Positions 52,081 to 64,000 of a stretch of 64,000 bases of DNA are shown here, piece after piece. The position numbers and the translations under genes were made by a program. Positions within the stretch are counted from its first letter, which is position 1, and the number at the start of each line of letters is the position of its first letter. Origin of the DNA: Vicugna vicugna (lineage: Eukaryota). The DNA lies in assembly GCA_013265495.1 (NCBI GenBank), contig MU058636.1:310001-374000 (forward strand). The letters run 5' to 3'. Under the pieces are notes generated by a model. That model saw nothing but the letters and a program-made list of their open reading frames with translations, was not told where the DNA came from and searched no databases.

Positions 52081-54410
52081 CATTTCCTGTTCTGTGTACT
52101 TTTTATTTACTTAGTGGTTACCATGGGGATTACAATTAACATCATAAATTTAGAACAGTGTAGTTTGAGTTGACACCAGTTTAGCTTCGACAGCATACAA
52201 AAGTTCCTATAGCCCTGTGTCCCCCTACCTCTAACTTTATGTTGTTACTGTCACAAATTTCACCTTTGGACATTGTGTGCCTGTTAACTTAGATTTCTAA
52301 TTATCGTTTTATGCCTTTTTCTTTTACATCATAAAGGCAACAAAAAAGAAGAGTTGCAAACCCAAAATACAATACTGGATTTTCCATTTCCCTGTGTAGT
52401 GACCTTCCCTGGAGTTCTTTTATTTCTTAGTTGTGTCCTTTCGTGTCAGGCAGATGGATGCATTTCTCTTTAGAATTTCTTGTAGGGCAGGTCTAGGGAC
52501 GAATTCAAATTTTGTTTATCTGGGAATGTTTTGATTTTTTCCTTCATTTTTGAATGTAGTTTTGCCCAATGTAGGATTCTTGGTCAGTAGGTTTTTTTTT
52601 TTTCCCAACACTTTTAAATAGTTCTTCCCCCTGCCTTCTGGTGTCCATGATTTCTGATGAGAAGTTGGCAGCTAATTTTATTGATGATCCCCTGTACCTG
52701 GGGAGTCACTTCTCTCTTGCTGTTTTCAGTAATCTTTGCCTTTGTCTTTCAGTGGTTTTATTATAATGTGTCTCAGTGTAGATCTCTGGGTTTATCCTTC
52801 TTGGAGTTTGTTGAGCTTTACAGATGTGTAGATTCACGTCTTATACCAAGTCTGAGATTTGGGGGCCATTATTTCTCCAAACATTCTGCTCCTTCGTCTC
52901 TCTCCTTTCCTCCTGAGGCTACCTTACGCGTGTGTAGGCATGCTCAAAGGTGTCCTGCAGGTCCCTCTGGCTCTTTTTATTTTTATTCTTTTTTCCTTTC
53001 TGTTCACCAGTCTATAATTTCAATTGTTCTGTCTTCAAGAGTGCCGAATCTTCTTTCTGCTTCTTCATATCTGCTCTTAAACCTCTGTAGTGATTTTTTC
53101 ATTTCAACCATTACACTTTCCAGCGCCAGAATTTCTATTTGGTTCCTTTGATAATTTCTGTTTCTCGATATTCTCCATTTTGTTGTACATCATCTTCCTA
53201 ATTTCCTCTGCTTCTTTGTCCATATTTCCTTTAGCTCTTTGACCATATTTAAGATGGTTGATTTAAAGTCTTTGTCTGGTAAGTCCATTTTTTGAGCTTC
53301 CTCAGGGATGATTTCTTTCCATTTATTTTTCCCCTTTGAATGGGACTTATTTTCCTGTTTCTTTGTATGCCTTCTAATTCTGGAGCAGGGGACGGACTGG
53401 TTAGTTTACGTATTATAATGTGATAACTCCGGGAATCAGACTCTTCTTCTAACCAGGCTTTTTGTTGACTGTTCAGAGCTGCCATTTGTTGAGTGACTTT
53501 TCCAAACTGTTCTTTACGGAGACTGTATTCCTTGTCCCATGTTTGTACTGAAGTGTCCATTCTATTGGTGTTGGTTACTGAAGTCTCTGCTGTGTTTTCT
53601 TAGTGGTCATCAGTGAGCTGACAGATTTCCTTAAATACTTGGAGCCAAAAACAAAAACAAAACCCTTCGTCTGCCTTTGCAGCTTAGCTGTGAGCCGGGG
53701 CGCTTCTTTAGCGTGAAGGCAGGTACCTGCACTGTGCTCTGGCCTTTGTCTCCAGTTTGTGCAGAGTTGACAGGCTCTCCAGTGCTGCAGGCCTAGGGTC
53801 CTCTGGGCACTTCTCTGGGCACGTGTCTTTCCTGGGTGTGCACGATGCACTCTAGCGTTCATGGTACGTGTGGTGGCCCTTCCAAGCCCCATTCCCTTAA
53901 GAAGCTTCCTCCCTAGCCTTTTCATTCCAGGCTTTTGGGTCTGCACGCTGCTTGCCCCAGATAGTGAATGTCTTTAATCTTTCAACAGATGCCACCACCA
54001 CTTGGAAAGTCATTCCAGCCCAAGGAAGTAGGCGTGAAACAAAGGTCAACCTCTGTGCCATCCTTGTGAGAAACACCAGACAGGTCAAAAGGCACAACCA
54101 TTGCATTTTAAGAATAAGGTCTGTGTTAGCTCCCGGCACCAGCAAGACAGGCTAGTAATGTGTGCTACCACCCTTGTGGCCAACGCATGGCGCTGCGGAA
54201 TGGGGGCCTGTAGGCAAGGAAGCAGGAAGGCTACGGTGCTTCCTTAACGAAATTCACCCACCACCTTTGTCATCACTAAGCACACCCCTGGTCATTGCAG
54301 CTGTTTAACTGAATCCTGGAGTTGATTGTGTCAGTATTTGTCAGCTTGATCATTGCTTCAGTGGAGGGACCAATTCTCTGAGCACCCTATTCCGTTTTCC
54401 AGGATGTTAC
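52081..54410 (-). mobile_element. Old L1M ORF1/5'-region fragment
   Basis: T-rich text: tttagaatttcttgtagggcaggtct, tctgatgagaagt, ccattatttctccaaa, ctctgtagtgattttttcatttc. Confidence 0.7.
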
Positions 54411-54429
54411 TTTCTTTTTTGGTCATTAT

Positions 54430-55990
54430 TTAAATTTAAGACAATTTTTAGAGCAGTTTATGGTTCCCAGCAAAGTTATTGGGAAGTTACAGAGATTTCC
54501 CATCTTCCTACCTGTACACACGCACAGCCTCCCTCACTATCAATGTCCCTCACCAGGTGGTACATTCATTACAACTGATTATCCCCCAAAGTCCATTATT
54601 TACCTTAGAGCTCACCTGTGAGTGCGCACAAGCAGCAGTGACAGGTGTCCACTGTTACAGTTCCATGCAGCTTAGTCTCCCTGCCCTCCAGATCCTTGGT
54701 GCTCTGCCTGCTTATCTCAGCCTCTCCCCCACAGCCTTTGGCAAATGCTGCTTTTATTTTTGACTGTCTCCATAGTTTTGCCTTTCCCAGATGTCACAGA
54801 CTTGGAATCATACAGCACGTAGCCTTTTCGGATAAGCTGCTTTCACTTAGCAATAGGCATTTAAGGTTCCTGCCTGTCGTTTCGTGGCTGATAGCTCATT
54901 TTTTTCACGAACAATTGGGTTTATTCCAACAGTCAGTTTGAAACTCTTGCAAGAGAACTACAGTAATTATATCAGGAACAAGATAATTTCCTACACTGTG
55001 TCGAATATATAAAAGTTCCTTTTGCATTTTCAACACTGATCAACAAGCAGATTCAGTCCACAGTTGCTTCCATCTCTCTGCTGAGTTAACCCAAGCTTCT
55101 TCTTCAGAGATCCTGGCATCTCAGGTGGAAGAGGGCGAGGAAGCCTGAAGGAGACCTTCACAGGGTCGTAGGTGAACCACTGCAGTGGAGTCAGAGTGTC
55201 GATCAGGATGATGCAGGCAGAGTCCCTCCACGTACCTCCAAATCCAAGTCTCTGGAGGACCTGAGAAGCCCTGCTACCCTTCTCTTTATCCAACACAGAC
55301 ACCAGAGAATCAGCAGGTGAGGAACAATGGCACAGAAGACTCCAGCTACATAACCTGCCACAAATGGGACAGGCAGCTGCTCTGCCTTTGAACATTCACT
55401 TTGTGGCTTGGGAACCACAAACGTGCCTGACGCTTCCATGGTACATTCAGAGCAGGTGAACATCATCGTGATGTATGGTATCTGTGTCACCCAGAGAGGA
55501 GCAACCCCTCGTAGAATGCCTTTAAATCCTCTTCCTTATACGTTTTGGGAGCTGCCTCCCTTGAAGTGTTGGCGTAACCTAGTTGGGTCTGAATTCAAGC
55601 CTTAGTAGCTTCCGTAGGAGCCAGGTGACAGCTCATTTTTTTGTGTGTGTGCTGAATTATCTTCCATTGTCTGGATGTACCACAGTTTATTCACTCACCT
55701 ACTGAAGGACACCTTAGTTGCTTCCGAGTTTCAGTAATTGTGAATAAAGCTGCTATAAACATCCACGTGCAGGTCTTTAGCTGCTTTGGGTAAACGCCAC
55801 AGGCTGAGGGTTCTGGAGGATACAGAAGAGTGTGTGTGGTTGTGGAAGAAGCTTCCAGACTGTCTGCAGAGTGGCTGTGCCGTCTGCATTCCCACCAGCA
55901 ACAAGTGAGAGTTCCGGTTGCTTCACATCCTCACCAGCATTGGCTGCTGTCCGTGTCCGGGGTTTTGGCTGTTCTAATGGGTGTAGGTAA
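54430..55990 (-). mobile_element. L1MC-like 3' end split by the SLC25A3 retrocopy
   Basis: ttttagagcagttt..cagcaaa..acagagatttccca before the insertion; ccattgtctggatgtaccacagtttatt resumes after it. Confidence 0.78.
54906..55625 (-). pseudogene. SLC25A3: Processed (retro)pseudogene of the mitochondrial phosphate carrier SLC25A3, 5'-truncated
   Basis: The minus strand reads LAPTEATKA*IQTQLGYANT...QIPY..VVPKPQSECSKAEQL..FVAGYVAGVFCAIV..ADSLVSVLDKEKGS..LQWFTYDPVKVSFRLPRPLPPEMPGSLKKKLGLTQ, which matches the SLC25A3 C-terminal half as I recall it. It is intronless, with a premature stop and frameshifts. The 3'UTR has AATAAA (tttatt at 54920-54925). Flanking TSD is tga(t/c)agctcattttttt at 54889-54905 and 55626-55642. 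Confidence 0.93.
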
Positions 55991-58900
55991 TTTTTGAAGG
56001 AAGAGATTCCCACTTTGTTGAAATCTGAGTAGTAACATTTCATGTAATCATGCTGTTACTCTGGGTGCCTTTCCGAGCCTGGGAATGGCTCCCTGCGGGG
56101 GGTGGGGGTTACTGAAGCGGCTGCTCTGCACAGCAGCCTCTCGCCCCGCTGTCGGGGCCGCTTGGCGTGTGTGTTCAGTCTGGGCCGAAGTGTTCTCTTC
56201 TCCCCGCTCTTCCGGCTGCCTTCTTAGCTGACTGTCCCTGGGCCTTCCACCTGTGTTGTCAACGGTGGCTTCCTACCCCTTGCCCCCCGTCCTCGTCTAC
56301 TGTTCAGTGTTTCTGTCTGTCTCATGTTTTTAAAGCATTATGTTGATCTAATCACTCAGAAAATACCATCTTAGTAACTTCAGAATGAAGTCTCAGCTTG
56401 TGGGGCTCCCCTTCAAGATGCCCCAGTAATCGGCCTGGTGGTCTTTGCCCAGCAGTTCCCATCAGGTCCCTTTGTGTTCGCACTACGCCAGTCCGCGCTC
56501 CTGGTGGAGAATCTGAGGGTCCCCGTTCTGTGGTCTCCTTTACTTCAGCTTCCCCTCCCTTGCCCTCTTTTCTTCCTGTGTCTCTCGTTGACTTCTCCCT
56601 CCAAATCTGGCCCAGGTATCAAATCTTCCGGTTGTGGGTGATTAGGAAAGCTTTGTCAAAGTAATATCTACTTAAAAAAAAAGATTCCTTATCACTTACC
56701 TTTACAGCTCTTGGCTGTTACTGTTTTAGTGCCTTGGATGGAAGTCGTTTTTGGCAGGCACACTGTCTCTTCCCTTGGACCGTGACACATATGAGGACAG
56801 CATAGCCCGGTTATTCTACATTCCTGATTTCTTGACGCAGCGCCCTGCTGTCTTACATGTTCACTAGCGTTTGTCACGTGAATGAGTGATTAGGTCTAGC
56901 TGCGTAAAGCGAAACTACTTCCGGGAGGAAGTTTTAACCCCTTTTCTGTGGGGGCGGTGAAGCCAGTACAGACACAAGTGTGACTTTAAATTTAAAAAAG
57001 TTTACCAGGTGGACCGAAGAGCCCTTAGCTTGATTCCGTTCGACTTCCTGAGAATAAACGGGTCGCAATAGCCTGTGTCTTAGGAGGTTTTCCTGTGGAC
57101 ACCTTCATTTAAAGCCTGTAGATGCCCTTGCGGTCCGGCTCTGGGCTTGGATGCTCTGTTTGTCTAAAGACTTTGCCTGGATTCACAGCGTGATGCTTTT
57201 CCAACTTGCTTTGAGCCCCTGCCAGCAAGGGCTTGGTCCTGTGTGTGGAATCGTGGTGCTGTTCCCTTGTCCGTTTCGTAGCTGGAGATTTTGTTTATTT
57301 CCTTTCTAATTCACAGTTCTGTGTATCATACTCTCTAGCCTCTCGAAAGGGACAGAGGAGCAGGGTACAGCCTTGTCCAGTGAGGACCTACCAGCGAGCA
57401 TCCACCTCAGGGGGGTACCAACTCGGAGCTAGTGTCCACCTGTCTGTCTCCTGTCTCTTCCTTTGCCTGTCTCTCTGTACACCTTTGTCCTGTTTGAAGG
57501 CAGCAGGTTTTTCCTACAAGGACCATACAAGATGCCCAAGGAAATTCCAGCTCCATCTCAGCTTGTCCTTACGGACGCCCCAGCACATCCCAGGCCTTCT
57601 GAGCCCAGGCCGCAGCATCGTCAGCGCCCCTGCAGCCTCTCGCGGCGTTAGCCCACGTGCGGCGGGCCCGGCGGAGCCCGTCCCTTCCTTTCAGGGGCTG
57701 GAACTGTGAGTGGGGAGATAATCTTTCCTCACTCATTTGGTGAAGAAGTCAAATCCCAAACTATAAGGATTTCAGTTTTTAAATGTGTATTTTCTTTAAA
57801 AAAAAAAAGACTCTATATTTTCTTCGCTTCCAGACTTCTAATTCTGGACTGCATTTATTTACTTTTTTCATTCTCTGCATTTGTTTGTCAACGATGTTTC
57901 TGGAACTGCCTCCGCCGGTTGCCAGGCTGGCCAGTTTACTTCTCTGAGTGCAGATGCATTTGACCCTGGGATGGGTCAAAATCTGTGCCACTAGGGCCCT
58001 GTTCTGCTTTTGGAGCTAATATATTCAATCTGATTTCCCTTGCATATGATAGCTATTAAGACATTTCAAGACTGTGAACATGCTTATTTAAGCCCGGAAG
58101 AGCCTGGGTCCCAGAGGAAGGAGGCAGCAATTAGGGAGTGGGAGGGGGTAAGAGGGGGCAGGCTCGGGTTTGTTTGGGAGGCTTTGGGAGACGCAAATAG
58201 TATAAGGATTGTGGAAGAGAGGAAAGGGGCAGGGCAGAGACAAAACTCTTGATTTTCTGGCCAGTAGTCCCTGAAAATAATCTCTCCAGCTTGTCTTTAG
58301 AATGAACATCTGTGTCGTTTCTTAGACGGAAACATCGCCGAGTTCCCACACTAGAGCCGTCTGTCCATTCAGGCCTTGCCTGGAGCTCTCAGGCGCACTG
58401 TCCCCACCACCCTGTGAGGCTCTTACCTGTGAGCACGGACGGCCTCCTGCAGCTGTGCCGGGGACTCCGCTTGCCGAGTCTTGTCTCACTTCAGGAGAAT
58501 CAGGATCGATTACCCATGGTGGGGCCACTTGCTGTGACTGGAAAGCAATGGCTCTGATTTCTGTGCACCACACAGGAAATTGAGTCTCATTACTCTACTC
58601 CTGTCATGTGTAATACCGATGTAATTACAGGAATCGAAGGAAAAAATACTTCAACCAATGTGGTACTAAAAACCGTACGAGCTTACTGACTAATTCACCT
58701 TAATCTTGTGACATTTTACAAACTGACACGTCTCACTGCCTGTCCATCCTGCCCTGTTCCTCTAGGAAGCTCGATTTCTTACCCCAAACACAAATGTAAT
58801 CATGGTCTTCCATCTTCCCTACCCAGACAGCTCCTGGTTAAGTGGGGAAAACAGTTTAGGCTTATGAGGGATGATTCACAACAATGGAGTAAAAAAAAAA

Positions 58901-59557
58901 AAAAAAAAGAGAAGGAAGAAAGGAAGGAAGGAAGAAAAATGGGTACTAAGCTAACATAAAAGGATCGTGTAATTTAAAAAGTGTGTTTATTCGCTTGTGT
59001 AGTCCTAGGCAGGAGAAAAAGAGAAAATGATTTTAGGGGGCAAAAAGTGAAAGATGATACTGAACATGGGGTGGAAATTCTCTAGTCCCTGTGCCACTTT
59101 GTCATCATTAAGCTTATCTTTTCAACCATTTCTCCTGGGTCAGCAGAAGGTAGTCAGGAGCTGGATGGCGACTTGCTTTGGGTTCCACCAGGACTATGAG
59201 CCCTCAGAATGGTGCCCATGTCTCAGGTTAAAAGCTAGCCACCCAAGGACTGCCATTTTCTGTCCAAAGTAATATTTCTGCATTCAGAGACGCCCCCAGA
59301 CCTCTGGGATGTGAACACATTCATCCTGGTCATGGTGCCTGTGCAGGGCTCCTGCTGAGGGTCCAGACGTGTGACCCCCCAGAAATTATATCTGTCCACG
59401 AGGACCTAGGGCACGCCCTCAGCTGCTTGTTTTGTTTATTTTCAGCCATGTATGGAAGGAAGCATGAAAATTAGGTATTTTTTATAAATTATGCCTCCTC
59501 ACTTAATGTTTTTCCATCCCATGCAGTTTTAGTTCCTCAATCAGTTCATTAAGTCTT

Positions 59558-59778
59558 TTGTTTTTTTAAATTGAAGTATAGTCAGTTACAGTGTGTCAAT
59601 TTCTGGTGCACAGCATCATGTCTCAGTCATACATATGTTCCTTTTCATGTTCTTTTTTATTATAGGTCACCACAAGGTAGTGAATAGAGTTCCCTGTGCT
59701 GTACAGAAGAAACTTGCTGTTTATCTATTATATATGGAATAGTTAATATTTGAAAATCTCTAACTCCCAATTTGCAAG
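59558..59778 (-). mobile_element. 5'-truncated L1 3' end with TSD
   Basis: ttgaagtatagtcagttaca...; tcatta(a/g)gtctt at 59546-59557 and 59779-59790. Confidence 0.82.
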
Positions 59779-61000
59779 TCATTAGGTCTTGAGTTGGTTG
59801 AAACAGATTGGCCTTGAAATGTCTCTGGTGCCCATTGGCCCCTATTTTTCAGTAGGAAAAGCTTAGAATGGGTTCCTTCCCAGGGCCGCCCTCTTGTTTC
59901 TGTCTCTCCTCGTAGGAGGTGTACAATCCTTGCAGCAGACCTGAGCTGCTTACTCCTTTTTGTCTCTAAAGAGTGTAAAATTCCCGTCAGACCTGGAGGG
60001 CAAAGTGAGATCGAAACTTCAAAAGAAAGAGAACTTTCTGGCACATTCTCCTCTCCCCCAAGCCCACAGCGGTACGTTTTCTCCCGTGGCTTGGCTATCA
60101 AGACAGTGAAACTTGAATCATTTTTCAAAACTACAGTGTGACTGTGGTTGTAAATAGCACAGAACTGGGAAAGGCGCTGAAGTGAAAAAGTTCTGTTTGC
60201 AGGTGTTTGCAGGCTGAAACCATGTCTGGAGTATTTCCCACTTGCCTCCCTCCAGAAACGAATTTCACTGGGGGTGTTGGAACGTAGCAGATTCACCAGT
60301 CGTGTCCCTGTGTGGCTTGGGAGCCAACTGCCATCACCGGGTGCACATCGGGGGTCTTGGGAGGACCCTTCTGCCTATTCCCTTTTCCCTTTACTTCTCT
60401 GCTTCCGTGGGAGTGTTCTGGAACCAGATGGGGGTGACCTGCTGTTTCTTGCTCCCTTCGTCCGTAATTCCGACTGCTCCCCTGAAAGTGTCTGCCCACC
60501 TGTTAGCATCCGGTTTTACAAACCAGGTGAACATGTGAAGTGGTCGTGTTCTCCGTGAGGTGGTGGTGGGGCCCTCGCGGGACGGGATTTGGGGAATGGC
60601 AGAAATGTCAATTACCTGTGTGTTGCATCGGCTTCGGCTTTGCCCTTGGATGTGCGTCCGTGACTCGGATGCCAAGTGGCCGAGCAGGAGCCGAGTCCAG
60701 TGTCACCGCAGCCACTGCCCTGCAGTTGTCAATCTCAAAGGCGTCAAAATGTCTGACTCGTCTCCTTTCCAGAGGGCACATGGTTCTGATGAAACCAAGC
60801 CTAGTCCATAGGCGAGCTGTAGAGCAGGGCAGATGGAGCCACATCAGGCCAGGTGCGCCTGGTCCCTAGGGACCCGCCTCCAGTTGTTTTGAGATGCTGG
60901 TGACTATGTGGGAGTTAAGCATTTTATCGAGTAGTTTTTCATTTTAATATTTGGAGAAATATGATATGGTCTTTTCTCATTAATATCTTATATGCTTTTC

Positions 61001-61300
61001 AGGGAACTCTATTCAATTTCTTGTAATAACATATGGAAAAGAATCTGAAAAGAAAAAAATATATGTATACATGTATGTGTATGTATAACTGAATCACTTT
61101 GCTGTACACCTGAAACTAGCATTGTTAATCAACTATACTTCTGTACAGCACAGAGAACTATATTCAATATCTTGTAATAACCTTTAATGGAAAAGAATGT
61201 GAAAATGAATATATGTATATATATATGCATGACTGGGACCTTGTGCTGTACACTAGAAGTTAAAACATTGTAACTGACTGTACTTCAATTTAAAAAAAAT
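61001..61300 (+). mobile_element. Two tandem L1 3' termini (sense)
   Basis: gaact(c/a)tattcaat..cttgtaataac..gctgtacac..tacttc occurs twice (61001-61141 and 61142-61300). Confidence 0.82.
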
Positions 61301-62742
61301 TAAGCAAAAGAAGATAAGAACTTAACATATACTATAAATAAGAAGGGACCAATATGCATCAAAAATAGCTTGTGTGCTTTTGATAGAATGTGAAATCATT
61401 CCACCATGAGTTGGAAAGGATTCTGAAAGAATATCGTATACAAACTTCTCAGAAGACCTGGGCACTCATTTTTGTTCTGATGAGTATATTTCAGAGAATG
61501 AAGGTGTTTAGAAGAGTATTGAAAATGTGCTCCTGGGATCTGTTGGAGTTCATGGGTTGGATAAGCTCACCTTCCAAAAGCAGGCTTGAGTTCTCCTGAG
61601 AGCATGAGAGAGAGGCTCAAAAAGGACATTTTAAGTGGAAACCCCTCAGTTGGTGCTTCCTCCCTGTGATACGATACATAAATCAAATTAATATAATTAC
61701 ATTATTTATTCATGTGGTTGTTTATTTACTTGAAAAATCAGGGTGTCTTGGAGGATACGTGTTCTGACAGGTGGATAATGGTTGGAAGTTCATGATGTGA
61801 TTGGGAGTACAAATCAGAGGATTGAAATTTCAAATTAAGGAGTATGTTCCCAACTTGAGAGCTTGGGCATAGATGCCTTAGGATGTCCTGAATGTTCACA
61901 GGTATCTGGGGAAGGGTGAGCTGGGTTGTTTTTTCCCATCTGGCTTAGATATTTCTGCATTCGCAAACTCAGGGGCTCTTCCCCAAAGCTGTCATCCTGG
62001 AGAAGTACAGACCTCTGTGGGAGGTGGAGGGTGGCAAGGAAAGAAGTCATTTCAGGGCTCTGTTCAGAGTGTGAGATCTCATCTGGGCTGGAGGCCACAT
62101 GTGAGCGCTACCTCAGGACAGTCTGATTGTTTCCCTGGAAACACAGTTTATCCTGTGTGAGTAGTCGGAACACCTCACTGCGTCTACCCAGACTCCCCAT
62201 GCTTCACCAGAAATAGATGTTTTTATGTGCGCCAAAATGAAAAGGTTGAATTTTGCCAAAGTGGAAAGGAAAACATAGATAACCTATTACGTGATTATTT
62301 GACATCATATATATATACTCTTTCTAGAAAATAGTTATTTTGTATTTGACTTGACGGAACAATGAACTCTTTAGTAGGGGGCTCAAAACCTCTTACTGGC
62401 AGAGCCATTCAGTAGGAAACCCAATCTGACCAGACTCCCAAACAGGAAAGCATCTTCTCTCCTGTAGTCTTGTGTTTGGGGAGGGATTTAGAAAACATCC
62501 TACTCCTTTTTTTCGTTTTTCTTTTCCGAGTGCCTCGGTGATGGGACAGCGTCCTCTCTTTCTTCTCCTTTCTAGACAAAGAGAAACCTGCCCGGATCAC
62601 TTCCAGGGGCTCCTGGCTAGTTTCCCTTGAGCGCTCCCAGCCCAGTATCTGTTGGGTCAGACTCATCTTTTAATTTTTTTAATTTTAATTTTTTTGTGGG
62701 GGGAGAGACACAGTTTAAACTGTATTTGTAATGTTTTAGTTC

Positions 62743-63305
62743 TTTTTTATTGAAGTATAGTTGATTCATAATGTTGTGTTAGCTTCTGGTGTACAACATA
62801 GTGATTCTACTGTACACACATATATGTTCTTTGTCGTATTCTTTTCATTATAGGCTATTACAAGGTATTGCATATAATTCCCTGTACTCTACAGTAGGAC
62901 CTTGTTGTGTATCTGTTTTATATGTAGTAGTTTGTATCTGCTAATCCCAAACTCCTAATTTATCCCTACCCCTCTTTTCCCCCCGGTAAACATAAGTTTG
63001 TTCTCTATGTCTGTGAGTCTGTAAGTAAATTCATTTGTGTCATGTACATAGATTCCACATATAAGTGGTATCATATGATATCTGTCTTTTTCTGTCTGAC
63101 TTACTTCACTTTGTATGATAATCTCTAGGTCCATCCATGTTGCTGCAAATGGCATTATTTCATTCTTTTTATGACTGAGTAGTATTCCATTGTATAGATA
63201 TACCACATGGACATTTGGGTTGTTTTTGTGTCTTTGCTATTGTAAATAGTGCTGCTATGAATAGTGGGCTGCATGTATCTTTTTTGAATTAGAGTTTTCT
63301 TCTGG
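62743..63305 (-). mobile_element. L1 3' end (antisense)
   Basis: Track ORF KKNEIMPFAATWMDLEIII..EVSQTEKDRYHMI; typical L1 3'UTR. Confidence 0.9.
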
Positions 63306-63347
63306 TGAGACTCTTTTTAAAAACTCTTCTACCAGGGCATCCACTTA

Positions 63348-63537
63348 GTCTAGAAATCTGCTGCCCATGCCAGTTGCCACCAGCCACATGTGGTGGTTTA
63401 AATTAAGTTAAATGAAATGGAAATGTTAGTAACCTTGTTGCTCTGGCTGCATATCAGGTGGTCACTTACCACACATGGATAGTAGAGAGGAGCATTTCCA
63501 TCATCACAGAAAGTTCTACTGAAGTGATGCTGGTCTA
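63348..63537. mobile_element. MER33/MER3-like hAT MITE
   Basis: ccaccagccacatgtgg..tttaaattaa..catttccatcatcacagaaagttcta. Confidence 0.6.
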
Positions 63538-64000
63538 ACATTCATAACAGTTGTCTGTTTTTTAAAGACTTTACATGTAAACTCCCCAGCCTGGCTTCTG
63601 ACCCCCACCACAGTCTTGCTCTCTGTACAGATTGAATATGACTTATTAGAAGGTGGTCAGGAAAATTCCTGGGCTGGGGCTCATAGGAGACCTGGTGGAA
63701 GAGGAGGGGCCTTACATTCCTTTTTCAAGAGTGAAGGGTACTCCAACAGGCAGGAGGTGGTAGAGGACGGTTCTGGGGAAAAGTGCGAGTGTGCAGATGA
63801 GTCTAGGAGGCATAGAACGGCTCGGTCTGGTTGAGTGTAAAGGAGGAAGGGGCAACAGAAGAGATGGATTCCTTGTTTTTCGTTCCTTGTTAGGGTTTAA
63901 TATAGGAAAGTGTCTTCTCATGGTCCCTAGTTTACATTTGAGTTCAACTATCTTCAACCTGCTCTGTCCTCAAAAAGAGAACGGGAAAGAGTTCATCCAA

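Noticed and set aside
55030..55490. Minus-strand ORFs of 121 aa and 95 aa as a functional carrier gene
   Set aside because: They are frameshifted pieces of the 5'-truncated SLC25A3 retrocopy, with an upstream premature stop and a lost native stop.

Overview
Mammalian (eutherian) genomic DNA, very probably camelid: it carries multiple Vic-1-like tRNA-derived SINEs, and I recognised no Alu, Bov-A/BovB or PRE-1 elements. The window lies entirely inside ATP8A2, the P4-ATPase phospholipid flippase, on the + strand. Nine internal GT-AG coding exons at 980-19978 splice into one open frame encoding the cytosolic N- and P-domain segment, from RMPPP...QASSPDE...KRMSV...KGAD...GLRTL...TGDKQ...KEDSLD. 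From recall these correspond to human exons 16-24. Position 19979 to the end is the start of a very large intron filled with L1, MaLR/ERV LTR, DNA-transposon and SINE remnants, plus one 268-N assembly gap. The most notable non-genic observations are: a TSD-flanked, 5'-truncated SLC25A3 processed pseudogene (minus strand, 54906-55625); a probable L1 3'-transduction nested inside an MLT1A LTR (51107-51800); an intronic CpG-rich ETS/Sp1 promoter-like patch (~22.0 kb); an intact sense-oriented ERV1-type solo LTR (30257-30733); and inverted SINE pairs bracketing exon blocks. I found no evidence of a wholly new biological system. Almost all ORFs in the supplied track are spurious. Repeat family names are from recall and were not confirmed by a search.
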